This document shows positions 1-6,995 of a stretch of 32,462 nt of DNA, piece after piece. The position numbers were made by a program, and so were the translations under genes. Source of the DNA: a virus (lineage: Duplodnaviria; Caudoviricetes); IMG/VR virus record IMGVR_UViG_3300049172_000054, positions 1 through 32,462 of that record; one strand, written 5' to 3'. The notes beneath the pieces are model-generated. The model did not search any database, was not told where the DNA came from, and worked only from the letters and a program-made list of their open reading frames with translations. Positions within the stretch are counted from its first letter, which is position 1, and every line of letters starts with the position of its first letter.

Positions 1-2
1 TC

Positions 3-212
3 ACCGCCTCCACCAACGGCTCCGGCGTCTCCAACGACGCCGACATCCTCTTCACCGGCATGCCCGCCTGCACGGTCGTCGGCATCGAAATCTGGGACTC
101 GGCCGGCAGCCCCGTCCGGCTGTGGCACGGTGCGCTCACCGCGAGCAAGACCCTCGGCGCTGGCGACGAGTTCAAGCTGGCGAGTGGTGACGTGGACCTG
201 GTTCTCCAGTGA
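3..212 (+). CDS. Partial (5'-truncated) putative virion structural/decoration protein
   Basis: My translation of frame 3: TASTNGSGVSNDADILFTGMPACTVVGIEIWDSAGSPVRLWHGALTASKTLGAGDEFKLASGDVDLVLQ*, stop TGA 210-212. It resembles the small beta-rich phage proteins (...GIWDA...GALTASKT...GD.F...GDL) usually found ahead of fibre genes. Not in the ORF track. Confidence 0.65.
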   Translation, partial: TASTNGSGVSNDADILFTGMPACTVVGIEIWDSAGSPVRLWHGALTASKTLGAGDEFKLASGDVDLVLQ

Positions 213-237
213 CCCCGTAGCGGAAGGCGGCTGACCG

Positions 238-1347
238 GTGCCCACCTTCGAAACGCTCACCGACGACTTCGAGACCGGCACTCTCGACACCACCCTCTGG
301 TCCGGCAGCTACGGTGACCCCGACGAGCTTGGGGGGCGGGCACGGATCCCGTGCACAACTGGCTACGCGGGCCTCAAGTCGGCGTCCATCTACACGCTCA
401 CCGGCTCAGCAGTGGCGATCCGCCTCTTCCCGCCGACCCCTAACGGGGCCACGACAGCAGCGGCCAGCGTACTGGTCCTCACGAGCGTCGGCGGCACGGA
501 CGCGGGGTTTATCGTCGACTCCGCACAAACGGCGGTCGGCTGCTACCTACGCGAAGGCTACGCAGACGCCGCCCCTGTGTTCTTGACCTACGACCCCGTG
601 GCGCATGCGTGGCTCCGCACCCGCGAAGACTCCGGGACCCTCTACTGGGACACAAGCCCGGACGGCGCCAACTGGACGAACCAGCGCACCGCCACCAGCC
701 CTGCGTGGGCCGCGAACAACGACCTCGCGTTCCTCGTCGAAGGCCACCGAGACGCGGGCACCTCCGACTTCGTTGAGGTCGCCAGCGTCAACGCCGCCAG
801 CACCGCCACCGGGACTGCCAGTCTCACCGCAACCAGCAGCGCAACAGCCGTCGGAACCCTGCGGGCAGCCGGGGCGGCACCGCTGACAGCGTCCGGCACC
901 GCATCGGCTGCCGGAACGCTGCGGGCCCTGGCGGCGGCGACATTCGAAGCCTCCAGCATTGCGGGCGCCGCCGGCATCCGGCGAACCAGCGGCGCCGCAG
1001 CCGCTGACGCATCCGGCGTCTCAACCGCGGTCGGCACAAGCATCGTCCACGGCATTGCGGCGTTCGACGCATCCAGCGCCGCCACGGCAGCCGGCGCCCT
1101 CCGCGCCGTCGGCTACACCACCATGACCGCCGATGGCAGCCTCACGGTCACCGGCGTGCGCCGCACCGTCGCCACCGCCGCAGGCACCAGCACAGGCAGC
1201 CTCACCGCCGCAGGAATCCGCACGGCCCGCGGCACGGCCACCCTCACCGCATCGGGCACCGCCAGAGTCATCCAGGGAGTCATCGACTACGGCATCACCA
1301 TCGGCACCCCCTACACGATGTGGGAGGTCGGGGCGCCATGGCTGTGA
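238..1347 (+). CDS. Putative virion fibre/spike protein: N-terminal beta-sandwich (lectin-like) domain plus C-terminal Ala/Thr/Ser/Gly 20-aa repeats
   Basis: 369 aa with GC3-rich codons. The N-terminal ~185 aa has DDF...W and WLR.RE..GTLYW.TS.DG..W, typical of ConA-like phage domains. The C-terminus has about 7.5 repeats of 20 aa. Confidence 0.6.
   Translation: MPTFETLTDDFETGTLDTTLWSGSYGDPDELGGRARIPCTTGYAGLKSASIYTLTGSAVAIRLFPPTPNGATTAAASVLVLTSVGGTDAGFIVDSAQTAVGCYLREGYADAAPVFLTYDPVAHAWLRTREDSGTLYWDTSPDGANWTNQRTATSPAWAANNDLAFLVEGHRDAGTSDFVEVASVNAASTATGTASLTATSSATAVGTLRAAGAAPLTASGTASAAGTLRALAAATFEASSIAGAAGIRRTSGAAAADASGVSTAVGTSIVHGIAAFDASSAATAAGALRAVGYTTMTADGSLTVTGVRRTVATAAGTSTGSLTAAGIRTARGTATLTASGTARVIQGVIDYGITIGTPYTMWEVGAPWL
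811..1270 (+). repeat. Degenerate 60-bp (20-aa) tandem repeat within the fibre gene
   Basis: Units start at 811, 871, 931, 991, 1051, 1111, 1171 and 1231, e.g. GTASLTATSSATAVGTLRAA / GAAPLTASGTASAAGTLRAL / GIAAFDASSAATAAGALRAV. Confidence 0.85.
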
Positions 1348-1631
1348 TCCCAGCAACCTCCACCGAATACCTGCACATCCCCGTAACCGCCACACCGGCC
1401 GGAACCGACCTCACCACGGCCCCGGTCCGAGTCGCCGTCGTCGCCCACCGCACCGACCCGGCCAGCAGTGAATGGCGCACCGCCGACTGGAACGCAGGTG
1501 TGGCCCGACTCCTCATCGGACCTGGCGGCGACATCGCCCTCGCCCGCGGCGACTACCGAGTGTGGATCAATATCGACCCGCCCGGGAGTGAAAACGTCGT
1601 CCGCCGGGCCGGCATCCTCACCGTCATGTAA
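1338..1631 (+). CDS. Small beta-rich (Ig/BppU-like) putative virion protein, 97 aa
   Basis: GGAGG at 1323-1327 precedes ATG 1338, which overlaps the upstream gene's 3' end. The C-terminal ARLLIGP...LARGDYRVW.....P.E......G.L.V motif is common in actinophage fibre-adjacent proteins. Confidence 0.6.
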   Translation: MAVIPATSTEYLHIPVTATPAGTDLTTAPVRVAVVAHRTDPASSEWRTADWNAGVARLLIGPGGDIALARGDYRVWINIDPPGSENVVRRAGILTVM

Positions 1632-1643
1632 GGAGCCTGCGCC

Positions 1644-2345
1644 ATGGCCGACGACCTCCTCGTCATCATCCCCACCCGCGGCCGGCCTGGTGCAGTGCCG
1701 GAGATCATGCAGGCGTGGGACGACACCGGGGCGACCGCCGACGTGCTGTTCTGCGTCGACAAGGACGACCCCGAACTCGCCGCGTACAAGGCGCAGGCGA
1801 AGGAGTACGCCGACGACGGCCGGGTGCGGTTCGTGTTCTGGGCACGGAAGCGGCTCTGCGGCACCCTCAACCAGGCCGCAGTGAAGAACGCCGACTCCTA
1901 CCGGTTCCTCGCGTTCATGGGCGACGACCACCGGCCCCGGCCTGCAGACCGGCCGTGGGACGAACGGTTCCGCGAATGCCTGTCCGGCGGCGGGCCCGGC
2001 ATCGTCTACGGCAACGACCTCCTCCAGGGCGAGAACATGCCCACCGCCGTCGCCATGACCTCGGACATCGTCCAGACCCTGGGCTACTTCGCCCCGCCGC
2101 AACTGGTCCACCTGTGCCTCGACCTGTGCTGGCTCGACTGGGGCCGCGGGCTCGGCCGCATCACCTACCTGCCCGACGTCGTCATCGAGCACCTGCATCC
2201 GGCGGCCGGCAAGGCGCAGGTTGACCAGGGCTACGAGGAAGCGAACAGCGCCGAGCAGGTGAGCAGCGATTCCGCCGCCTACTACGACTACCGGGACAAC
2301 GGCGGCCTCGAAGCCGACCTCGACAAACTGCGGTCGCTCCTGTGA
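1644..2345 (+). CDS. Glycosyltransferase family 2 (GT-A fold)
   Basis: N-terminal LLVIIPTRGRP, VDKDD, LN..A, acidic FMGDDH (DxD-like) and C-terminal VVIEHLHP. RBS AAGGAG precedes ATG. Confidence 0.85.
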   Translation: MADDLLVIIPTRGRPGAVPEIMQAWDDTGATADVLFCVDKDDPELAAYKAQAKEYADDGRVRFVFWARKRLCGTLNQAAVKNADSYRFLAFMGDDHRPRPADRPWDERFRECLSGGGPGIVYGNDLLQGENMPTAVAMTSDIVQTLGYFAPPQLVHLCLDLCWLDWGRGLGRITYLPDVVIEHLHPAAGKAQVDQGYEEANSAEQVSSDSAAYYDYRDNGGLEADLDKLRSLL

Positions 2346-2893
2346 CCCGGCAGCGGCTCCGCCCCGCACACACGGCCGAGCAGCTCGCGGACATCTACCC
2401 GCAGCCCCACGACCACCGGCGCTGGCGAGACCACCACGTCCGTGTCGACACCACCATCGCCCTCGCCAAGGGCATCGAGAACGTCCGGTCGGTCGCGGAT
2501 CTGTCGTGCGGCAACGGCGCCATCGCCAAGGCGATCGGAGCCGAGACGATGATCCTCGGCGACTACGCCCCCGGCTACCCGATTCAGGGCGCCATCGAGG
2601 ACACCATCCACGGCATCCCCGACGTCGACCTGTACGTCTGCTCCGAGTCCATCGAGCACCTCGACGACCCCGACCGGGTGCTGAAGCAGATCAGGGCCAA
2701 GGCCCGGCACCTCGTGCTCACCACGCCGGTCGACAACTGGGGCGACGCCAACATCGAGCACTACTGGGCCTGGTCGCAAGCAGATGTCGAGCAGATGCTC
2801 ACGGCGGCCGGGTGGACGGTGCAGGTCACCAACATCCTCGACATGCGCGGCGCATGGAGCCCGTACTGCTTCGGCATGTGGGTCTGCGGATAA
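2342..2893 (+). CDS. Class I SAM-dependent methyltransferase
   Basis: SAM motif I VADLSCGNG, then DLYVCSESIEHLDDP..VL and LVLTTP. GTGA overlap with the GT2 stop. Confidence 0.85.
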   Translation: MTRQRLRPAHTAEQLADIYPQPHDHRRWRDHHVRVDTTIALAKGIENVRSVADLSCGNGAIAKAIGAETMILGDYAPGYPIQGAIEDTIHGIPDVDLYVCSESIEHLDDPDRVLKQIRAKARHLVLTTPVDNWGDANIEHYWAWSQADVEQMLTAAGWTVQVTNILDMRGAWSPYCFGMWVCG

Positions 2894-2910
2894 CCCAACC
2901 ACCCCATACG

Positions 2911-2980
2911 CCTGCGGCTTGATCACCGCAGGAAGGGAGCCCCGGCGTTCCAGGCGCCGGGGCTTCCGCATCTCCTGGAG
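2911..2980 (+). promoter_or_regulatory. Tandem hairpins; loop of the second is complementary to the downstream RBS
   Basis: First hairpin CCTGCGG-N8-CCGCAGG (2911-2932). Second is a 13-bp stem 2935-2947/2955-2967 whose loop TTCCAGG can pair with CCTGGAG at 2974-2980. Confidence 0.6.
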
Positions 2981-2985
2981 ACAGC

Positions 2986-3810
2986 ATGGACATCCGACCC
3001 GTCGATCTACCCGAACTGCGTCGAGAGATCACCGGAATGCTGCGGGTGCCAGGCCCTAAGCTCTGGCGAGCAACGGCCCGGAACGTGCACGACGACGAAA
3101 GCCACCTGATGGCGCATGCCATGCAGGGCGCGGAGAGCGGCGAGCTGTACTTCGTCGCGCCGGGCATGCTGGAGCTGGCTCGGGTCGCGGCCAAGACGAT
3201 GCCCGAGTTCGTCTTGGAAGCGCACGATCTGCCAGCCCCGCGAGGTCTGATGGTGTTCGGCGGAGCAGGGCTTGCCGTCACTGATCGCCCCGGAGCCGTG
3301 CAGGCAGTGGTCTGGGAAGACGCCGGGCTGGCGGGCTACATCTACCCTCTGAGCTCTACGCGCGACCTCGTGGGCGACTCGCCCAGCCGGATTCCCGGGC
3401 GACTCGTCAGCGTCGGAGACGCGGCCGTCTGCCAGTTCGGGCGAGCCATCACGAACGGCGGCCCGACACTCGAAACCATACGAGCGGTCAAGGCTGCATG
3501 GCTCCTCATGCAACAGTCACTGGCCCTGGTGTCCGAGATCGAACCGGACCGCGCGGCCCGTCGACGCGCGGCGCGCGGGCGATACGAGCCCCGACCGGTC
3601 CGCGTGATCGAACTTCGCCGTCCTGCACACAGTGGCTCTGGTGACGGCTCCCGCGAGTTTCACCACCAGTGGATCGTGCGTGGCCACTGGCGGCAGCAGT
3701 GGTACCCCACCCACGAAGTACACCGCCCCGTGTGGATCGCACCCCACATCAAGGGTCCCGAAGGTGCACCGCTCCTCGGAGGCGAGAAGGTCTACGCCTG
3801 GAAGAGGTAG
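2986..3810 (+). CDS. Hypothetical protein with C-terminal HQWIVRGHWR...WIAPHIKGP motif
   Basis: 274 aa with RBS GGAG at 2977-2980. I recognise the VRGHWR/W..PH.KGP motif from phage hypothetical proteins; function unknown. Confidence 0.75.
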   Translation: MDIRPVDLPELRREITGMLRVPGPKLWRATARNVHDDESHLMAHAMQGAESGELYFVAPGMLELARVAAKTMPEFVLEAHDLPAPRGLMVFGGAGLAVTDRPGAVQAVVWEDAGLAGYIYPLSSTRDLVGDSPSRIPGRLVSVGDAAVCQFGRAITNGGPTLETIRAVKAAWLLMQQSLALVSEIEPDRAARRRAARGRYEPRPVRVIELRRPAHSGSGDGSREFHHQWIVRGHWRQQWYPTHEVHRPVWIAPHIKGPEGAPLLGGEKVYAWKR

Positions 3811-3813
3811 CGG

Positions 3814-4014
3814 CTACTCGGCCGTCGGGCGCTTTCGTTTCGGGTGGGCGGCACGCCACGCGTCGATCGCTGCTTCAGCCCACAGGGACGCCCGCCCCAC
3901 CTTCGTCGGCTTCGGGAAGTCCGGCGTCCGGCTCGCGTGGTTGTACAGCGACTGGCGGTTGATGCCGAGTCGCTTCGCTGCTTCGTCGGAGGTCAGGTAG
4001 CCGGGGATCTGCAT
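3814..4014 (-). CDS. AlpA/excisionase-like helix-turn-helix DNA-binding protein
   Basis: 66 aa, YLTSDEAAKRLGINRQSLY...FPKP.KVGR..LW....IDAW, a classic AlpA-family pattern. Confidence 0.85.
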   Translation of the reverse strand: MQIPGYLTSDEAAKRLGINRQSLYNHASRTPDFPKPTKVGRASLWAEAAIDAWRAAHPKRKRPTAE

Positions 4015-4032
4015 GCCGCCAGGGTAGCGCGC

Positions 4033-4089
4033 TGGAGTAGTTCGGCTAACCGGGAGTGGTAGCCTTGGAGTAGTTCAACTACTGCAAGG
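4033..4089. promoter_or_regulatory. Candidate operator region between divergent HTH and HNH genes
   Basis: Direct repeat TGGAGTAGTTC at 4033-4043 and 4066-4076. Imperfect palindrome CCTTGGAGTAGTT-C-AACTACTGCAAGG at 4063-4089 (12/13 match). Confidence 0.55.
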
Positions 4090-4096
4090 GGTGGGA

Positions 4097-4585
4097 ATGC
4101 CCAACTTCATCGACATGACCGGGCGGGTCTACGGACGGCTCACAGTGGTCCGGCGAGCCGAAACGAACGACCGTTACATCCAGTGGACGTGCCACTGCGC
4201 GTGCGGCAACACCGTCAACGTCCGAGGTGCGAACCTCCGCAGCGGCAACTCGGAGTCGTGCGGATGTCTCGGGAGCGAAAAGCGCGAGGCCCGGAAGGTG
4301 AGGCATGGCCTCACAGAGACTCCCGAGTACCGGATCTGGCGCGCCATGAAGACCCGGTGCACCAACCCGAACAGCAAGGACTACGTCAACTACGGGGCAC
4401 GCGGCATACGCGTCTGCCAGGAGTGGATGGACTCCTTCGATGCCTTCTACCAGCACATCGGGCCGCGCCCGGAAGGCATGACGATTGACCGCATCGACAA
4501 CGACGGCAACTACGAGCCCGGGAACGTCCGTTGGGCTGACCGGTCGACGCAGAACCGAAACAAGCGGTCGGGGCGTCGCCCCTAG
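4097..4585 (+). CDS. HNH-type homing endonuclease (phage family with N-terminal CxC..G...SCGC domain)
   Basis: G..YGRLTV, W.C.C.CG, SCGC, YRIW.AMK.RC, YGARGI.VC.EW, IDRIDNDGNYEPGNVRWA. ATG 4097 follows AAGGGG; GTG 4091 is an alternative start. Confidence 0.85.
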   Translation: MPNFIDMTGRVYGRLTVVRRAETNDRYIQWTCHCACGNTVNVRGANLRSGNSESCGCLGSEKREARKVRHGLTETPEYRIWRAMKTRCTNPNSKDYVNYGARGIRVCQEWMDSFDAFYQHIGPRPEGMTIDRIDNDGNYEPGNVRWADRSTQNRNKRSGRRP

Positions 4586-4601
4586 AACTAGGAGACGTCG
4601 C

Positions 4602-5468
4602 ATGCAGGTGCTCCTCACCGGATCGGCAGGGTTCGTGGGCAGGCACCTGCACGCGGCTCTACTCGAACGCGGATGCGACGTAACCACCTGCGACCTCGTG
4701 GACGGACAAGACGCCCTCGATCTGTTTCGCACCGACGACACCCGGTACGATCTCGCGATTCACTGCGCGGCCATCGTCGGAGGCAGGGCCTCCATCGACG
4801 GAAGCCCACTGGGTGTGGCCACGAATCTGGCTCTCGACGCTTGGTACATGCGCTGGCTTATCCGGACACGAACGCCCCGAGCCGTCTATTTCAGCTCCTC
4901 TGCGGCCTACCCAGTCGCACTCCAGCAGCCCGGCGCCGTTCGCCGCCTCTACGAGGAAGACATCAACCTCGCATACATGGAGGAGCCGGATGCGAGCTAT
5001 GGCTGGGCGAAGCTGACGGGGGAGAAGCTCGCCACCTACGCCGAAGCCGAAGGCTGCCGCATCCTCGTGCCCAGACCTTTCAGTGGCTATGGCGAGGACC
5101 AGGACAAGGCGTACCCGTTCCCCGCGTTCATCCAGCGGGCCCGGCGCCGCGACGACCCGTTCGAGATCTGGGGATCCGGCGACTCCACCCGCGACTGGAT
5201 CCACATCGACGACCTCGTCGGAGCCACCCTCGCGCTCCTCGACAACGAGGTCACCGGGCCGGTGAATCTCGGCTGGGGCAGAGCTACCAGCTTCGACGAA
5301 CTCGCCCGCATCGTCACCACAGTCGCCGGCTACCGGCCCCACCTCAAGCACCGGGCCGACGCCCCGCGAGGCGTACACCACCGTGTCAGCGACCCGTCCC
5401 GGATGCTCAACCACTACGTGCCGACCGTGACCCTCGAAGAGGGCGTGCGGCGAGCACTCAACAGCTGA
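4602..5468 (+). CDS. NAD-dependent epimerase/dehydratase (extended SDR, NDP-sugar modifying)
   Basis: TGSAGFVG Rossmann motif, HCAA, catalytic FSSS and YGWAK (YxxxK), WGSG..TRDWIHIDD. RBS AGGAG at 4590-4594 sets the start at ATG 4602. Confidence 0.92.
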   Translation: MQVLLTGSAGFVGRHLHAALLERGCDVTTCDLVDGQDALDLFRTDDTRYDLAIHCAAIVGGRASIDGSPLGVATNLALDAWYMRWLIRTRTPRAVYFSSSAAYPVALQQPGAVRRLYEEDINLAYMEEPDASYGWAKLTGEKLATYAEAEGCRILVPRPFSGYGEDQDKAYPFPAFIQRARRRDDPFEIWGSGDSTRDWIHIDDLVGATLALLDNEVTGPVNLGWGRATSFDELARIVTTVAGYRPHLKHRADAPRGVHHRVSDPSRMLNHYVPTVTLEEGVRRALNS

Positions 5469-5493
5469 CCACCCCACCCGGAAGGCCCGCGCC

Positions 5494-5649
5494 GTGCCTG
5501 AGCCCGAGGACCCGATCACCGAACTCGCCGCTGGAGCCGCGCAGCTCCATGAGGCATACCTCGCCTACTGCAACGCCGGATTCACAGAAGATCAGGCCTT
5601 CGAACTCGTGCGAGCCATCCTTGTCGCCAGCATCGGCGGGGCCGCGTAG
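5494..5649 (+). CDS. Small hypothetical protein (51 aa)
   Basis: My translation: MPEPEDPITELAAGAAQLHEAYLAYCNAGFTEDQAFELVRAILVASIGGAA*. The HE.Y.....AGFTE.QA pattern is typical of small actinophage proteins. Its TAG overlaps the next GTG. Below the ORF-track cutoff. Confidence 0.7.
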   Translation: MPEPEDPITELAAGAAQLHEAYLAYCNAGFTEDQAFELVRAILVASIGGAA

Positions 5650-5876
5650 TGACCGCCTACCTGATCATCCACCCCCGCGATCAGCGGCGAGACGACATGC
5701 TCATCGAGGGCGACGACCTCACCCTCACCTTCCAAGCCGGCTGGGCCGTCCTCTCCGACAGCCAAGGCGTTTGCCTGGCCATCTCAGCCGAGCAAGGCGC
5801 CAGTATTCAACGCGTTGACGAGGAAGCAGAAGCTGGGCCGGAACTGACCAGCCCGGCGCAGTCGTTGAACAAGTGA
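5649..5876 (+). CDS. Hypothetical protein (75 aa)
   Basis: Translationally coupled to the upstream gene (TAGTG); plausible globular composition. Confidence 0.6.
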   Translation: MTAYLIIHPRDQRRDDMLIEGDDLTLTFQAGWAVLSDSQGVCLAISAEQGASIQRVDEEAEAGPELTSPAQSLNK

Positions 5877-5878
5877 GA

Positions 5879-5908
5879 CCCCGGCGAGTGCTGTGAACAC
5901 TCCCGGGG
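5879..5908 (+). promoter_or_regulatory. Hairpin upstream of the Zn-finger HNH gene
   Basis: CCCCGG-C-GAGTG / loop CTGTGAA / CACTC-CCGGGG. Confidence 0.45.
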
Positions 5909-5937
5909 CGCGGCCGACCTGATGCGACAGGACCGAC

Positions 5938-6798
5938 ATGGCCAACGCTACACGCGCCTGCGATCGATGCGGCGCCGACATCACCGCCCTCCACGGGAAC
6001 GCGCGACGCTGCACGACCTGCCCAACGCGGCAGCCGCGCGGGCCTATACCGACTCGGCCATGCGAGATCTGCGGCACGCTTTACACGCCAAAGCGACGCG
6101 ACTCTCTGTGCTGCTCACGGGCCTGCAACGGGCTTCGCTACAACCGGCTGTACGCAGCCCGGCTCAAGGACGCCGAGCCTGAGCGGAACTGCCCTGGATG
6201 TGCGACCGTCTTCAAAGCCTGGCGCACAGACCAGAAGTACTGCACCTCCGAGTGCGGCAACAGGGACCGCGCAAGACGCAACCGCATCCCGGCGGATCTG
6301 TCAGAGCGCCCATGCCGCCGGTGCGGGACCACCTTCAAACCCAAGCAGTCGACCTCCGTCTTCTGCTCGCGGCTCTGTAGCAGGCGCGTGTCCTACGCAC
6401 GCTACCGGCCGCAGCGTGTCGCGGCAGCCGTTGCCTGGGCGCGCGCCAATCCCGAACTGAGGGCCGCCATCGCGGCGCAGTACAAAGCAGCGCGCCGTGC
6501 ATGGGAACAGCTCAACCCCGGCAGTGTCGGCATCGCCCCGCGCGAGTGGCGCAAGATTGTCCGCCGCTACCGCCACCGTTGCGCCTACTGCGGTGGGAAC
6601 GACGGCGGCATTCACATGGACCACGTCATACCGCTATCCCGAGGCGGCCGGCACGCCATCGGCAACGTCCTGCCGGCCTGTCAGGGATGCAACCTATCGA
6701 AGGGCGCCAAGCTCGTCGCCGAATGGAAGCGAGATGAAGCCGCATGGTCGCAGGACGTGAAGCGTCACCAGGAGACTCTGCTGCCACTGATCGCCTGA
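5938..6798 (+). CDS. HNH endonuclease with multiple N-terminal CxxC...CS..C zinc-finger repeats
   Basis: Four Cys-rich repeats (CDRC..CTTC; CEIC..CSRAC; CPGC..CTSEC; CRRC..CSRLC), then CAYCG...HMDHVIPLSRGG.H...N...AC..CN..KG. Confidence 0.9.
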   Translation: MANATRACDRCGADITALHGNARRCTTCPTRQPRGPIPTRPCEICGTLYTPKRRDSLCCSRACNGLRYNRLYAARLKDAEPERNCPGCATVFKAWRTDQKYCTSECGNRDRARRNRIPADLSERPCRRCGTTFKPKQSTSVFCSRLCSRRVSYARYRPQRVAAAVAWARANPELRAAIAAQYKAARRAWEQLNPGSVGIAPREWRKIVRRYRHRCAYCGGNDGGIHMDHVIPLSRGGRHAIGNVLPACQGCNLSKGAKLVAEWKRDEAAWSQDVKRHQETLLPLIA

Positions 6799-6995
6799 TG
6801 CGCTACTGGGCTGAGGGTGAAGGCGCAGCCAAGATCGGTTGGGGGTCGGAGGGCGACTTCGAGCGCTGTCGAGTTCAGCTTGGCAAGTACGTCAAGCCCG
6901 GTGGCATGCTCGACGGACTCTGCTCCAACCTGCACAAACGGGCCACCGGCGAACGACCTGGGCCCAACGCGCACGGCAGCAAGGACCGAGGCTGA
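6744..6995 (+). CDS. Small conserved actinophage protein (YW..GEGAAKI.WG..GDF.RC...L.KY motif)
   Basis: 83 aa. I recall this motif from actinophage head-region proteins. It ends in a TGATG overlap with the next gene and overlaps the upstream HNH 3' end by 55 nt. Confidence 0.7.
   Translation: MVAGREASPGDSAATDRLMRYWAEGEGAAKIGWGSEGDFERCRVQLGKYVKPGGMLDGLCSNLHKRATGERPGPNAHGSKDRG

Noticed and set aside
811-1270. 60-bp periodic repeats as a CRISPR array or non-coding repeat
   Set aside because: Degenerate, in frame and conserved only at protein level; no spacers or cas genes.
3814-4014. HTH gene as a true excisionase marking an att site or prophage boundary
   Set aside because: No integrase, tRNA or att-like repeat nearby, and phage genes continue on both sides.
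4485-4601. N-terminal extension of the epimerase in the ORF track (similar extensions at 6839, 12268, 15596, 16695, 18404, 19852, 27827, 27844, 31037)
   Set aside because: Most overlap upstream genes or leader structures; RBS position, stop/start coupling and domain starts indicate the shorter starts used here.
1644-5468. Glycosyltransferase and methyltransferase as a DNA hypermodification or restriction-modification system
   Set aside because: The methyltransferase lacks DNA-MTase catalytic motifs (DPPY/NPPY/PCQ), no base-hydroxylating or hydroxymethylase gene is visible, and the context is virion genes. Not fully excluded, since the rest of the genome is unseen.
5494-5876. Two small coupled ORFs as a toxin-antitoxin pair
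   Set aside because: No recognisable TA fold, promoter or operator; small coupled genes are routine in phages.
5891-5930. Loop-RBS pairing upstream of the zinc-finger HNH (CTGT/ACAG)
   Set aside because: Only 4 bp of complementarity, too weak to count as another pseudoknot.
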